DNA of 64,000 nucleotides from the human T2T-CHM13v2.0 reference genome, Homo sapiens: NCBI RefSeq assembly GCF_009914755.1, contig NC_060928.1. One strand, 5' to 3'. A program made the translations under genes and the position numbers. Of the stretch, positions 1 through 12,378 are shown one piece after another. The notes beneath the pieces are model-generated. The model saw only the letters and a program-made list of their open reading frames with translations. It ran no database searches and was not told the DNA's origin. The stretch's first letter is position 1; each line of letters opens with the position of its first letter.

Positions 1-630
1 TAACCCATACTCAAGAAAAGAGACAGAATATTAGTAGCTACCATGAGGCCCTACTTTCTCCTCCCCACTAGAAAGAGTTACTTTTACTTCTAACACCAGA
101 GATCAGATTTTCTGATTTTAAGATTTATGTAGTTGAAATTACACTGTGTAAGTTCTTTTATTGCATCTTTTCCTCAACATTGTGGTTATAAGAGTCATCC
201 GTATCACTGGGTGCAGCTGTAATGCCTCCGTTCTCATTGCCCTCATACAAATCCATTGTATGGACATTGCGCAATTTGTCCATTCTACTACTAATGAAAA
301 TCTGAGTGGTTCCCAGGTCTTGGCTCTTATAAATAATGCCACTATGATCACCATATAATTTCTTTTGGTGCTTATTTCTGGAATTACTAAAATTTAGGAT
401 ATAGCTATATCAATTTAGTAGGTAACAGTTACCAACAAGTTGTTAAAAATAGGTGTCGCAATTTACATTCACACTAGCAATGTTTGATAATTGCACCTGC
501 TCCAGGTCCTCACCTCACCTTACCAGTCTTACTTAATTTAGTTATCTTTGCAGGTGTACAATAGCACATAGCTTTTAATGTTGATTTTGTTTTATTGATT
601 ATCAATAAGTGTGAACAACTTTTTAATTGG
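1..630 (-). mobile_element. Old L1M (L1MC/ME-type) 3'-region fragment
   Basis: Antisense L1 3' motifs (aatttacattcacactagcaatgt; ttgtccattctactact); the minus ORF 139-354 resembles degenerate L1 ORF2 C-terminus (ALFIRAKTW). Confidence 0.7.
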
Positions 631-705
631 CCATAGCAGGAATTCATCAATTTTTAAAAATCTATCAACTTAATGCCTTTAAATAATGAAATATTGTAGA
701 CTCAC

Positions 706-736
706 CAACATTGTTTCAGAAGTTCTAATAGTCTAC
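706..736 (-). other. Candidate minus-strand micro-exon (31 nt, or 27 nt using the downstream TAG acceptor)
   Basis: Minus strand reads ttgtactttcttatacttctacag|GTAGACTATTAGAACTTCTGAAACAATGTTG|gtgagt: pyrimidine-rich acceptor and consensus donor. No transcript evidence is visible from sequence. Confidence 0.3.
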
Positions 737-859
737 CTGTAGAAGTATAAGAAAGTACAATATAAAATCTTGTATCTATACATCTGGAATATTGCTATTT
801 GAGAACACTAAGAATTTCTAGGTAACTCTAGCATGTGCCATGAATTACTCTAAGAACTT

Positions 860-1010
860 TACAGAAACTAAGTGGTTTAATTTTCATGAGACTCACATGA
901 GTCTAATACAATTGTTATCTCAATTCTACAAATGAAGTAACTGAGGTACAGAAACAGGGACATAACTTGCCCCTGCTCACACATTAAATAAGTGACATAC
1001 ACAGTGTCCC
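860..1010 (-). mobile_element. MIR fragment
   Basis: MIR core antisense: attctacaaatgaagtaactgaggtacaga...ataacttgccc. Confidence 0.7.
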
Positions 1011-1900
1011 CATGCTGTGAGGCCTCTCCAAGTTTTATTTAAAACATTAGAAAGTAGAGTAGAATAATACATATTGATGTATTTTTTAGAATAATAATTA
1101 CAAATAGAGTAAGTTTGAAATAATATTGAAGATTTACCCTATATTTAACATTCCCTAAATGCAAAAAAAATTCTGTGTTGCTGAAGCAAAATACAACCCA
1201 AGCTGATGATGAATTTCATAAAAGACTGAGATAAACAAATATATTTTAAAAGAATTTTTAACTCTAAGATTGGGTAACTCTTTCTACATTAGTGTAATGA
1301 GAATAGTGAACCTTTGAAATGAGTAAAAAATATGGAAAATGTTAATGATCTTGAGTTGCACATATTTTGCATTATGAGCAACATTTCTGGTTGCTAAATG
1401 CTAACTATATTATGCACAGTGTACGACGTGGGTGAGTTAATGTTGCTAGGGAACTTTTAGTGTCTAGATTGCTTTGTTTTTGTGTATTTAAATTTGCAAA
1501 CTCAACATTATGTTAGGATACCTTCTGGCATTTAATTAGGTTCCATTCCATGATTTTAAACTTAAATGTGCCTTAATGTGGAAGATTTTGTTATTTCCAT
1601 CTTCCATTCCATTTCTTGTTCCTAGTAGTTATAATCATAATATAGTGAAATAGGGTACTTAGCGTTTCCTAGTAGACCTGAGTACAAAATATCTTTAGAA
1701 CATCTTTAAACATTTTTGTGAATGTACCTTTTTCCTTCTAGGTAGGAGATCTTCCTGTTTATGGGTCCATGATAATCACTCTCCAGGAGAGGGGAGTTTT
1801 GGATGCCATGAAATATCCATACTAAAAAAAATGAAGTCCTTAAATTAACAAGAGAAGGGTCTCTCCCCATGTGACAGGCATACACTTTAGCCCCCTAACT

Positions 1901-2084
1901 AGGGTTGCCCAATTTAGCAAATAAATAAACAAACAAGACATCCAGTTAAATATCAATTTTGAGTAACATTTTTAAGTATAATATGTTCCAAATATTGCAT
2001 GAAACATACTTACATAAAAAATTATGAGTTGGTTTTCTTAAATTCAAATGTAACTGGCCATTCAGTATTTTATCTGGTAACTCT
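1901..2084. mobile_element. MER53 palindromic DNA-transposon MITE
   Basis: Begins agggttgcccaatttagcaaata, ends tattttatctggtaactct; internal self-complementarity matches the MER53 consensus. Confidence 0.85.
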
Positions 2085-2659
2085 GTACCCTGAAAGAGAT
2101 AATGAGAAGATCACATGAAGTCAACTATTGCTACAATTCTCCTAAAATGTTTTCTGCATTATAGAAACAGCAAGAAATAAACATCACCATTTAGGATCAG
2201 CAATGCCTGCTAGACCCACACCAAAAAAAAAAAAAAGAAGAACAAAGAAAAAAAATTACTGATTACTAGACATAAGGATGGTTTAAAGGGAGAATTTGAG
2301 CAATAAAGAGATGATAAACCCTTGAACTTGGGAACACACAGAACTATGTAAGCTCTATGGAACACCCTGGCATGCTTCCAAAATACTAGGCCATTGGACT
2401 AGACTATTAGGAAGTAGAATGTCAAATGTCTTTTTCTATTATAGAGATTTAGTTAAACCCATGAATATTTATCCAGCATGCATTTCCCAAACTGTTCTCC
2501 ACAGAACATGAATGTTCAGTAAGATATTAATAGATGCTCCTTGAAAAAGTATTTGAAAGTCAAAAACTTATGTAACCCTTTCGTTGCATTTTCCCTGCTG
2601 TAGCATAATCAATGGGAGCCTATCTTAGGAGTTGTAAGGAAAAATTGCATGAGTTCAAG

Positions 2660-2760
2660 TTCTGGTCAAGCAATGTGAGACATCAGGCAAGTCATTTAAC
2701 CATCACGTACCTCTGTTTCTTCATCTGTCAAGTGAAAGTACTTATAGTAGTTTCCTCATA
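2660..2760 (+). mobile_element. MIR fragment (interrupted by L1, appears to resume ~4270)
   Basis: ggcaagtcatttaacc...ctctgtttcttcatctgtcaagtg...atagtagtttcctcata. Confidence 0.65.
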
Positions 2761-4265
2761 CATTAAAACATTAAGCCTTTTAGAAGAAAACATAGGAGAC
2801 CTTGGGGCTGGCAAATGTATCTCTTAGATATGACACAGAAAAACTAACCAGGAGAGAAAAAAATTGATCAGTTGGGCTTCCTCAAGATTAAAAATGCCTG
2901 TTCATCAGAAGTTACCATTAATAAAATGAAATGCAAGGCACGGACTGGGAGAAAATATTTGCAATACTTATATCCAGCTGAAAAATTTATCCTGAATATA
3001 TAAAGAATTATTTCAACTCACTAATAAGAGGGCAAAGTACCTGAATAATGTACAAAAGACTTGAACAGAAACTTCATAAGGAAGATATACAAATGGTCAA
3101 TAAACATATGAAAAATTACTCAATACCATTAGTCGTCATGAAATGGGAAATTAAAACCATTATGAAATACTACTACATAAATTCTAGAATGGCTGACATT
3201 TAAAAAGACTTTCCAATACCAATTCTTGACAATGATATGAAACATCTGGCAATTTCATACATTGCTGATTGGAGCATAAAATGTTATAGCCACATTAGAA
3301 AAAGAAATCTAGGTGTTTTTTTTAAGATGTTAAGCATATATCTACCTATGACCCAGAAAATTAATTTCTAGATATATATCAAGAAAAATAAAAACATATT
3401 CACATCAAAAATTTGTACAGGAATAGTTATAGAAGCTTAAATAATAAAACCCCCAAACTGGAAACAACCCAAATGTCCATCAACAGAAAAACAGGTAAGT
3501 AAATCACAGTATGTTCATATAATGCAATACTACTAAACAATATAAAATAATGGAATGATGATATATCCAGAAACACTGATGATACTTGTAGATATTATGA
3601 TATGCAAAAATGCATTTATGTGAAGGTCCAGAACAGGCAAGAACTAAATTATGAAGGAAAACAGAATCATTGTTGCCATTTGTGTGGGCAAGTGTGAAAA
3701 ATGACAAGAGAACAGCATGAACAAACTTCAAACCTACCAGATAAAGAAAATATCCTATATTTTGAAAAAGGTGTAAGTTAAATGAGGGGTTATGAACTGA
3801 ATTGTGTTCCTGTAAAATTCATATATTGAAGCTCTAAACCCCACTGTGACTATATTTGGAGACAGGGCCTTTAAAATAGTAATTATGGTTAAAGGAGGTC
3901 ACAAAAGTGAGCTCTTAGTCCAATAAGACTGGTGTCCTTACAAGAAGAGGAAGAGACAGCAGGGATGTGTGTGCACAGAAAAAAGATGATGTGAGGATAC
4001 AGAGAGAAGGTGGCCATCTGTAAGCCAGCGAGAGAGACCTCAGCAGAAACCAACACTGTGGGCAACTTGATCTTGGACTTTTAGCCTCCAGAACTGTGAG
4101 GTAATACATTTATGTTGTTTAAGCCACCGAGTCTGTGCTATTTTTGTATAACCACCCTAGCAAACTAACATAGGGAGTATATGCTTGTCAAAACTTATCA
4201 AGCTCCATATACAAGATTGGTTGTTTCAGTCTATGTAAGTTATATTTCAACATTAAAAAAATAGA
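2761..4265 (+). mobile_element. L1M (L1MC/ME-type) ORF2-end and 3'UTR, split by an MLT1A LTR
   Basis: ttttagaagaaaacataggaga, gggagaaaatatttgcaa, aaactggaaacaacccaaatgtccatcaacag; L1M-type tail resumes after 4172. Confidence 0.85.
3788..4171 (+). mobile_element. MLT1A-type MaLR solo LTR
   Basis: ttatgaactgaattgtgttcc...ttggagacagggcctttaa...cagaactgtgag...tgttgtttaagccacc...ccctagcaaactaaca. Confidence 0.9.
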
Positions 4266-4533
4266 AAAGAGTGGTCATTATCTCATACGTCGGTTGCCGA
4301 AAATATAAGTTGATCAAAACTATTTCACATCTTTGGGTTCCCTAAAATAAAGTTTAAGTTTGGGGAAAACCCTGGGATGGAAATGCTTCCAAATCCCACC
4401 CTCTGGTGCCATTTGTTTATTCAGTGCTTTTTGTCATGGAGTAAAATCAAACAAATTGTTTGAGATTTTAGAATTAAAAGATTTACATAAAATTTCCTGA
4501 GATATAAGTGGTAAGGATGATGATAATGATAAT

Positions 4534-4536
<3 letters not shown>

Positions 4537-4567
<31 letters not shown>

Positions 4568-4820
4568 AGACAGAGTCTCGCTCTGTCACCCAGGCTGGAG
4601 TGCAGTCGTGATCTCGGCTCACTGCAACCTCCACCTCCCAGGTTCACGCCGTTCTCCTGCCTCAGCCTCCCGAGTAGCTGAGACCACAGGCACCCGCCAC
4701 CACGCCCAGCTAATTTTTTGTATTTTTAGTAGAGACGGGGTTTCACCATGTTAGCCAGGATGGTCTTGATCTCCTGATCTCGTGATCCACCCACCTCGGC
4801 CTCCCAAAGTGCTGGGATTA
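4537..4820 (-). mobile_element. AluY/AluSc-type element, 5'-truncated by ~25 nt
   Basis: Poly(T) then antisense Alu with gttcacgccgttctcc and gttagccaggatgg; stops at gggatta; flanked by gat(a/g)atggattt on both sides (TSD). Confidence 0.95.
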
Positions 4821-5677
4821 GATGATGGATTTAAAGCAGTTTGAGAACATGTGATAATTAAGTCATAGAATTTTATGGATGCCTCTTACTCCCAGGTAGT
4901 AGAGAGTGCTACATTTCCAAATGGATGAAGAGCCAGATAATTTTTTTGCCATATCAAGACCAGGCATTTTTCAGACATTATCATGCTGAAATGTAACTCT
5001 TCTCTGAATACATCATAATCCGGATTAAAATTTCTACCATCTGTAATCTTACCATTAGGCCACATAGTTTATTTGTGATCATGAATACTGTTCCTTTGAA
5101 TCTTCACTTTGCAGTGTAGTATTTTTCATATAGTAAACTCTGAGTTTTCTAAGAAGTCTGAGATCTTTATTCTTATTGAGTCTGGTTCCTAGTCATTGAG
5201 ATATCAGCATTAGGATAAAAAATAGTGGCTAAAAGTAATTATTCCAAGTGACTGAAAAATTCTGCCTAAATATAATGTGTTGAATTTTAATAAACATATT
5301 ATCATGGCAATGGCAATAATTTATTTCTTTTCTCTACCCACCCCTAAAATGGCCCCATGATCTATAGTTGATACCAATTCATTTCTTAGAAATATGTTAT
5401 GCTTTACATAAGAAATAAATTTTGCTATTCAAACATGATAAAATATAAGACAATTAATTCCAGGATCATCCAAAATCAACAAATCTATGTGTTCCAATTC
5501 GTAATTAATGTTCAACTTGCATCCTGATATGAGCAAAATTTTGTGTTTATTAAAATAAGAGAGTGAAGATGAAGTCATTAAAAGTTCAGATTCAATTCAG
5601 TAGATCTGTTAGAGATTCTTAAGAGATAGTTCTTGCATACCCTGAAACTCTTAGTTTAAAAGAAGCAGAAGTGAGGT

Positions 5678-5978
5678 GGCCAAGCGTGATGGTTCACGGC
5701 TGTAGCTCCAGCACTTTAGGAGGTTTAGGCAAGATCACTGGAGGCCAGCAGTTCAAAACCAGCCTGGTCACCATAGGGAGACCTCATCTCTGCAAAATAA
5801 AAATTAAGCAAAAAAAAAAGAAAAAAAAATTAGCAGGGCGTGATGGTGCACACCTATAGTCCCACCTACTTGGGAAGGTAAGGCAGGAGGATCACTTGAG
5901 CCCAGGAGTTTAATGAGCCATGAGCCACCACTGCATTCCAACTTGGGTGACGAAGTGAGACTGTCTCAAAAAAAAAAG
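5678..5978 (+). mobile_element. AluJ
   Basis: Diverged dimeric Alu with gaggatcacttgagcccaggagtt (J diagnostic); aagcagaa flanks. Confidence 0.92.
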
Positions 5979-6309
5979 CAGAAATTTTTACTGGCAACAT
6001 TTGCAGAAGGTTGTGGGTTGGATAGCATAACCAGAGCACATCAATATTAAACTCACATGTAGCCACTCTATGCATGTAGAATTCATTCACAGAATATTCT
6101 TATACTTGACATTCCTGGGTAATTGAAGTCTGAGATTTTTTGTTGTTGTTGTTATTTTTTGTTCTGTTTCATTTTTCTCCATTAAAAATATGATTGTACC
6201 CATGATAGAATCAAGTGATAGTAAAATGACTAATAACAGTAAAGGAGTTTTGTTAAATCTTTATGGAAACAAAGCTGATAAAATATTTCACATATAAATA
6301 ATTGAAATG

Positions 6310-6860
<551 letters not shown>

Positions 6861-7156
6861 CTGTTCTTTAACTGGGTTAATTTTTATCTGTTAGAGCATA
6901 CATGTTTAAGAAGGTAGAAACACCAGTGATTAATTTACTCAACCAACATTTCTTAGGCAATACCTGTCACGTTTTAAGTATTATTTGTTTTAATTATTTA
7001 GTAATTATATTATTAAAAAACCATTCCAATAATACCACCCCAAGTCTTCTAGCTAATTTGGGCCACCTCTCCAGACAGCCTGGCTGTGACACTCAGTCAG
7101 AAAAAGTTTTCTACGAAAGAAATGCTATACTGTTTCCTCCGTCAATATGTTAATGT

Positions 7157-7334
7157 GCTGGTTCTCAAACACTTGCTGCATTTTCAGGTCACCTGGGAAG
7201 CCTCTTAAAATCTCAATGTCCAGGCTTCACAATACACCAATTAAACCACAATCTCTTGAGGTGAGACCCAGGCATCACTATTTTTTTATAACTCCTCCAG
7301 AGATTCATTGTACAGCAAACTTTGAGAACTAGTG
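7157..7334. mobile_element. MER5B (hAT-Charlie MITE)
   Basis: TIRs ggttctcaaa...tttgagaact; caccaattaaaccacaatctct...gacccaggcatcactatttttt. Confidence 0.85.
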
Positions 7335-7414
7335 TGTGAATATATATTTTTTTAATTAGCAAACTGTCTGAAATTGTCTCAAGTGCCCAATTACCAACAT
7401 GAATAGTAATAAGA

Positions 7415-7600
7415 AGTATAGGTGTTAAATCTCTAGCATTGAGTTCAGGCAAACTGTGATTCAGATCTGGATTTTGCTACTTTATCGCTATGCAACTTTT
7501 GGAAAATCACCATTTATGAACCTAAATTTTTTTATTCATAGGGTGGGTATGATGATCACCTCTCTGAATCTTTGTAAGAATTAAAAAGAAGACAAATGTG
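7415..7600 (+). mobile_element. MIR
   Basis: Degenerate MIR 5' region and core (gttaaatctctagcattgagttcaggcaaactgtgattcagatctgg...). Confidence 0.55.
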
Positions 7601-8374
7601 AAGCCAAAATATTCTCCTCCCAGTTGACCACCTCTCCTCTGGTGTTCTAACAACAGCCTCTCCAGCCAGTTGGGAGTATCAACACTCATTAGAAAGTGGT
7701 TGCTTCTGCTGGCAATCTCTGCACTCACCCCCAATTTGGCCTCCAGCTCAAAGGGAAGACAAGCTTTCCTTCTTAATTCACAATAGCATCACACAGAAGA
7801 AGCCATTACCATTCAGCAAGAATGTATTGAAGCTTCCAAAATGAAGAGTGACTTACATCTGTTATTAGATGTTATTAGGTTCAGAGCTCACGGGCCCCAT
7901 TCTGGCCCTGGGCTTCCTCACCAGGCCGCCTTTCTGTATAACTCCCCCTTAGTCTCCATGCACAAGGGCCAGCTTAACTTGTACCACTAGAATGGATTGT
8001 TCAATGCAGAGATGTGGTGTTGTCCCTCAAAAAATCAGAACACATCTGTCAAGGCTGCTGAATGTCCTATGAGAAGCTGTGCTAAATTCACTCAAACCCT
8101 TATCCCGGCCTCTTCTCTGACATAAGGTATCGATCTTGCCTACAAGTCATTCCTGCTGCTCCTGCAAACAATGCTCAGTGATTTGTAATCACGGATCATT
8201 CACTGCCTCTGTCTCAGTGTGATCTTCATTTCTCTTCAGCTACAAAAACATTTTGATATACTTCAAAATTTAGAGTAAATCACAGAGTTTGCTACCACCA
8301 CCACTGTCTAGATAGAATAGAAATGGAAAGGAACAGGATAAAAATAGAGAACTGGGGAAAGTGTACACATGGTT

Positions 8375-8895
8375 GATCTTAGCCTTGTTTCTCTAACTGT
8401 TCATGAGGCTATAGTTAGTATTTATCTCTTCCTTCTTCCACTGTCCATTTTGTGCTCCCATTGCACACAGTGTTCCTATAGCTGACTGGGGTTAATATCA
8501 TTGTGGGTTGACCCATACCTTTATTTCTAAAGAATCTGAGCTTTCCGTGATCCTACCTGAATTAGGTTGCTCAAGTGTTTTAATAAAAAGTGTAATTAGA
8601 GTATACATTCCACTCTGCTTTCTCTCTTCTTCCATTCAGTTTAATAGTTTAATTGCTAGACCTGTCAATACTAGGAGACACCCCAAAGGACCTTCTGATT
8701 TCCACGCACACTCTTCTTTGTTCCTTTGTGTAGCAGAAACCTTCTCTCCCCCATGATAACCAGGATTAAACACCCTAGGAAACAATAATCCCTGTTATTG
8801 CCTACAGGAGCCACGATATGAGGAGCCCAAAATGACCAACTGTCAACCCGCCTTCACTTCAATGAAACCACTGTGGTATCCCTCATGCAAGCATT
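8375..8895 (-). mobile_element. ERVL/MaLR-related internal fragment (3' pol/dUTPase-like region)
   Basis: Antisense match to ERVL internal motifs: tgacccatacctttatttctaaagaatctgag, aatactaggagacacccc, gataaccaggattaaacaccc, gaggagcccaaaatgacc. Confidence 0.75.
8592..8639. repeat. 48-bp inverted repeat, copy A
   Basis: gtaattagagtatacattccactctgctttctctcttcttccattcag is 47/48 identical to the reverse complement of 10013-10060. Confidence 0.95.
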
Positions 8896-10012
8896 AAGAG
8901 ACTTGAATTTTCAAATCGAAATGAATTTATGCTTCTCACATTTTGAAAAATGTCATAGCTAAAATATCCCTCAGGATATTCTGGTTATCTATAAAATCTT
9001 TAAGATTTCCTTTTACTATAATTGTGTTAGTTACTATACTCAAAGATGAGCATGTGCAATGCATTTGATACACCAGAAAGCTAGCACTGAGGTTTTGAAA
9101 TACATATTTTAAACAGACAGTAGTTTTAATCTCAAGGCAGCTTTGTATAGTAAGTCAAGGATCACTGTAACAGTCAGACCTACATTCTTCATGCTTTCAA
9201 AGAAAATATAACTTATTCAACTTATGATTTAGAGTTCTAGGTCTGTCCATTGACAGGTGAGGTTAATGGAATAATATTGCAGATATTTTTGGAAGACCAT
9301 TTCTCCAAATATGGTTTTTTTAATTCACCTTATTTCTTAAACATTTAATGCTTTAACACTTGAGAGGAACTTATAGTTCTCAAATGATAAGAGAGATGAT
9401 AAAAAGCAGACCCACTTGATTTCAGATTTCCTTAACATTTACAAATATGTTAGTCTTGTAATTACAATCCTGTTTTTAATATTATAGTCTCATGTTATTG
9501 TCTAATGATATTTAAATTCCCTTGTGCTTAACTCTGTCTCATTTAGTTTTATTTTCTATTATTAGATCACATTGTGCATTACCCTCTCGTGTTTTAAAGA
9601 ACTCATTACACTTTTATTCTTTAAGAAAATTCCGTAGCTCTATTTCAATTATGTTGCATTCTATTGGTAATCTATACAAGTAATTAATGCTAAAATAAAT
9701 AATCTCATATTCATAAAAAAGTGTCATATTTCTGAGTAGTTGATTTGCCCTATGCATAGTCCAATCACGTTGAGAAGAAAAAAGGTTGAGATATAAATAG
9801 CTTATAAAGCACATTTTCCCAGCTCATCTATAAAGTGTTTCTAGTGGGAAAAAGATTCCTTATGTGTGACTAGTTGAAAAGGAACAAATGTAAATGATTA
9901 CACTCAAAATAAATGTATTTTCTACTGTTCTGTGCCTCCAATTTTTTCTGAAAAAGATATTAAGGCACATTATAAGGATATTTAAAATAAGCATAAGTTT
10001 ATAAATTAAAAG

Positions 10013-10060
10013 CTGAATGGAAGAAGAGAGAAAGCAGAGTGGAATGTATACTGTAATTAC
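10013..10060. repeat. 48-bp inverted repeat, copy B (probable donor)
   Basis: ctgaatggaagaagagagaaagcagagtggaatgtatactgtaattac; both ORFs translate VYIPLCFLSSSIQ on opposite strands. Confidence 0.95.
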
Positions 10061-10401
10061 CACCTTTGCCCTTGCTACAGGTAAATCCTAAGTTTGACAA
10101 TGCTGTAATGGCAAACATAAAGAGAAACCAGCTCAATTATATAGTTCTTGGTTTAAAGGGGAAAGATAAAAACAAACTAATTGCATAGGAGAACAAGTAT
10201 TCTTTGTACTAAATCAGAAAGGTGATCTCTAGTGGGTCCTCTTGAGGAGAATCCAGAGAGACAGAGTCAAGGAATTGAGAACATCCTCAGCTTTCTCCGA
10301 GTAGATGAAACAACGAGTTTCAAGGCACTCTTTTATTCTCATCTTCATGTAGGCAGAGGAAAGTAAATCAAAGGCAATTGCATTAACTAATGTTAAATGG
10401 G

Positions 10402-10742
10402 TGTCTTAGTCCATTCAAACTGCTATAAAAATATACCTTAGATTGGATAATTCATGAACAAAATTTATTTATCTTGGCTGGGAAGTTCAAGATCAAGGCC
10501 CCAGCAGATTCAGTGTCTGGAGAGGGCCCACCCTGCTCCACAGATGGTGCCTTGTTGCTGTGCTCTCACATGGAAGAAGGGGCAAGGCAATTCCTTTCAA
10601 CCTCTTTTATAAGGCCACTAATCCCATTTATGAAGGCAAAGATCTCAAAACTTAATCATTTCCCAAAAGGCCCCACCTCTTAATACTGTCACATTGGGTA
10701 TTAGGTTTTAACGTACTAATTTTAAGGGGAAACCAATATTCA
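10402..10742 (-). mobile_element. MLT1A0-type MaLR LTR
   Basis: tgtcttagtccattc...gggaagttcaagatcaagg...cagcagattcagtgtctgg...ggccccacctcttaatac. Confidence 0.9.
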
Positions 10743-10759
10743 TTCTTTTGTCTTTTTTT

Positions 10760-12378
10760 GGATAGTTTGTTGAAAGTCTTTAGCATGAAAGTGTTGTTGA
10801 AATTTGTCAAATGCTTTTCTGTATTATTGAGATGATCGTGTGATTTTTATCCTTCATTCTGTTAATGTGATGTATCACATTACTCGATTTGTATATGTTG
10901 AAGCAAACTCATGTCTCATTGATAAATCCCACTTGGTCGTGGTCTATGATTCTCTTCATGTGCAGTAGAATTTGGTTTGATTTGCTAGTATTTTGTTGAG
11001 GATATTTGCATCTATGTTCATCAGAAATATTGGCATTTAGGTTTCTTTTCTTGTATTGTTTTTGTCTGGCTTCAGTATCATGGTAATGCTGGTTTCATAA
11101 TTGAGTTTAGAAGTGCTTCCTCTTCTTCAGATTTTTTCAGTAGAGTATGAGAAAGATTGCCATTAATTCTTCTTTTAATGTTTGGTAGAATTCACCAGTG
11201 AGCCATCTGATCCTGAGCTTTTCTTTCTTGGGAGGTTTAATGGTTATTGATGCAATGTCCTTCTTCATTATTGGCTTGCTTATACTCTCTATTTCTTCAT
11301 GATTCAGTGTTGGTAGATTGTATAGTTCTAGGAATTTATCCATGTCATCTAGAGAGCAAGAGTGATGATACTTATATAAGACAAAATAGTCTTTAAGCCC
11401 AAAACTGCCACAAGAGACAAAGAAGGACATTATATATTAATAATTATATGAGGTTTCATTTCATCAGTAAGATATAAAAATTATAAATATATAGTCACTC
11501 ACCATCAGAACACCTAACTATATAAAATAAATACTGATAAAACTGAATGGAAAAATCAACAGCAATAAACTGATGGTAAGAGACTTAATTCTCTACTTAC
11601 AATAATGAATGGAACATTCTGACAGAAAATCAACAAAGAGAGAGCAGCCTTAAACAACACTGTAGATTTAGTACACCTAACATACAGATACAAAATATAC
11701 CACCAACAGTATCAGAATACACATTCTTCTCAAAGGCACACAGAACATTATCCAAGATAGATATTCTCTTAGTTCACAAAATAAGTCTTAACACATTTAA
11801 GATTGAAATTACACCAAGCATCTTTTCAGACCACATTGGAATGAAACTAGAAACCCACAATAGGTGAAACTCCAGAAAATTGACAAATAAGTGGAAATTA
11901 AACAACACACTCATGAACAACCAATGGATCAGAAAAGAAATCAAAATGGAAATTTAAAAAATACCTTGATGTAAATAAAAATGAAAACACAACATACCAA
12001 AACTTGTAGAATACAGCAAAAGCAATACTGAGGGAAGTTTATAGCAATAAATGCCTGCATTTAAAAAAATCTCAAATAAACAACATAACTTTAAGTATCA
12101 AGGACCAAGAAAAAGAAAAAAACTACATCCAAAGTTAGTAGATAGATGGGAAGAAAAAATATTAAAGCAGGAATAAATAAAATAGAGAATAGAAAAACAA
12201 CAGAAAAAAATAAATGGAACTAAAAAATTTTTTTAAGATAACAAAATCAGCAAACCTTTAGCTAGACTAGGAAAAAAAAAGATTCAAATAAAATCGTAAA
12301 TGACATTGGAGGTACTGCAACTGACGCCACAGAAACAAAAGGAATCATAAGAGACCATTATGCACAATTACACACCAA
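10760..12378 (-). mobile_element. L1 (L1MA/PB-age) ORF2 fragment with 5' inversion: 10760-11352 antisense, 11351-12378 sense
   Basis: Minus part translates LDDMDKFLELYNLPTLNHEEIES (L1 ORF2); plus part is the upstream endonuclease-to-linker region (gaatacacattcttctca, gtggaaattaaacaacacactc). Confidence 0.9.

Noticed and set aside
2477-2570. Possible hAT-Charlie MITE end (tttcccaaactgttctccacagaaca)
   Set aside because: Too short and diverged to assign a family or boundaries by eye.
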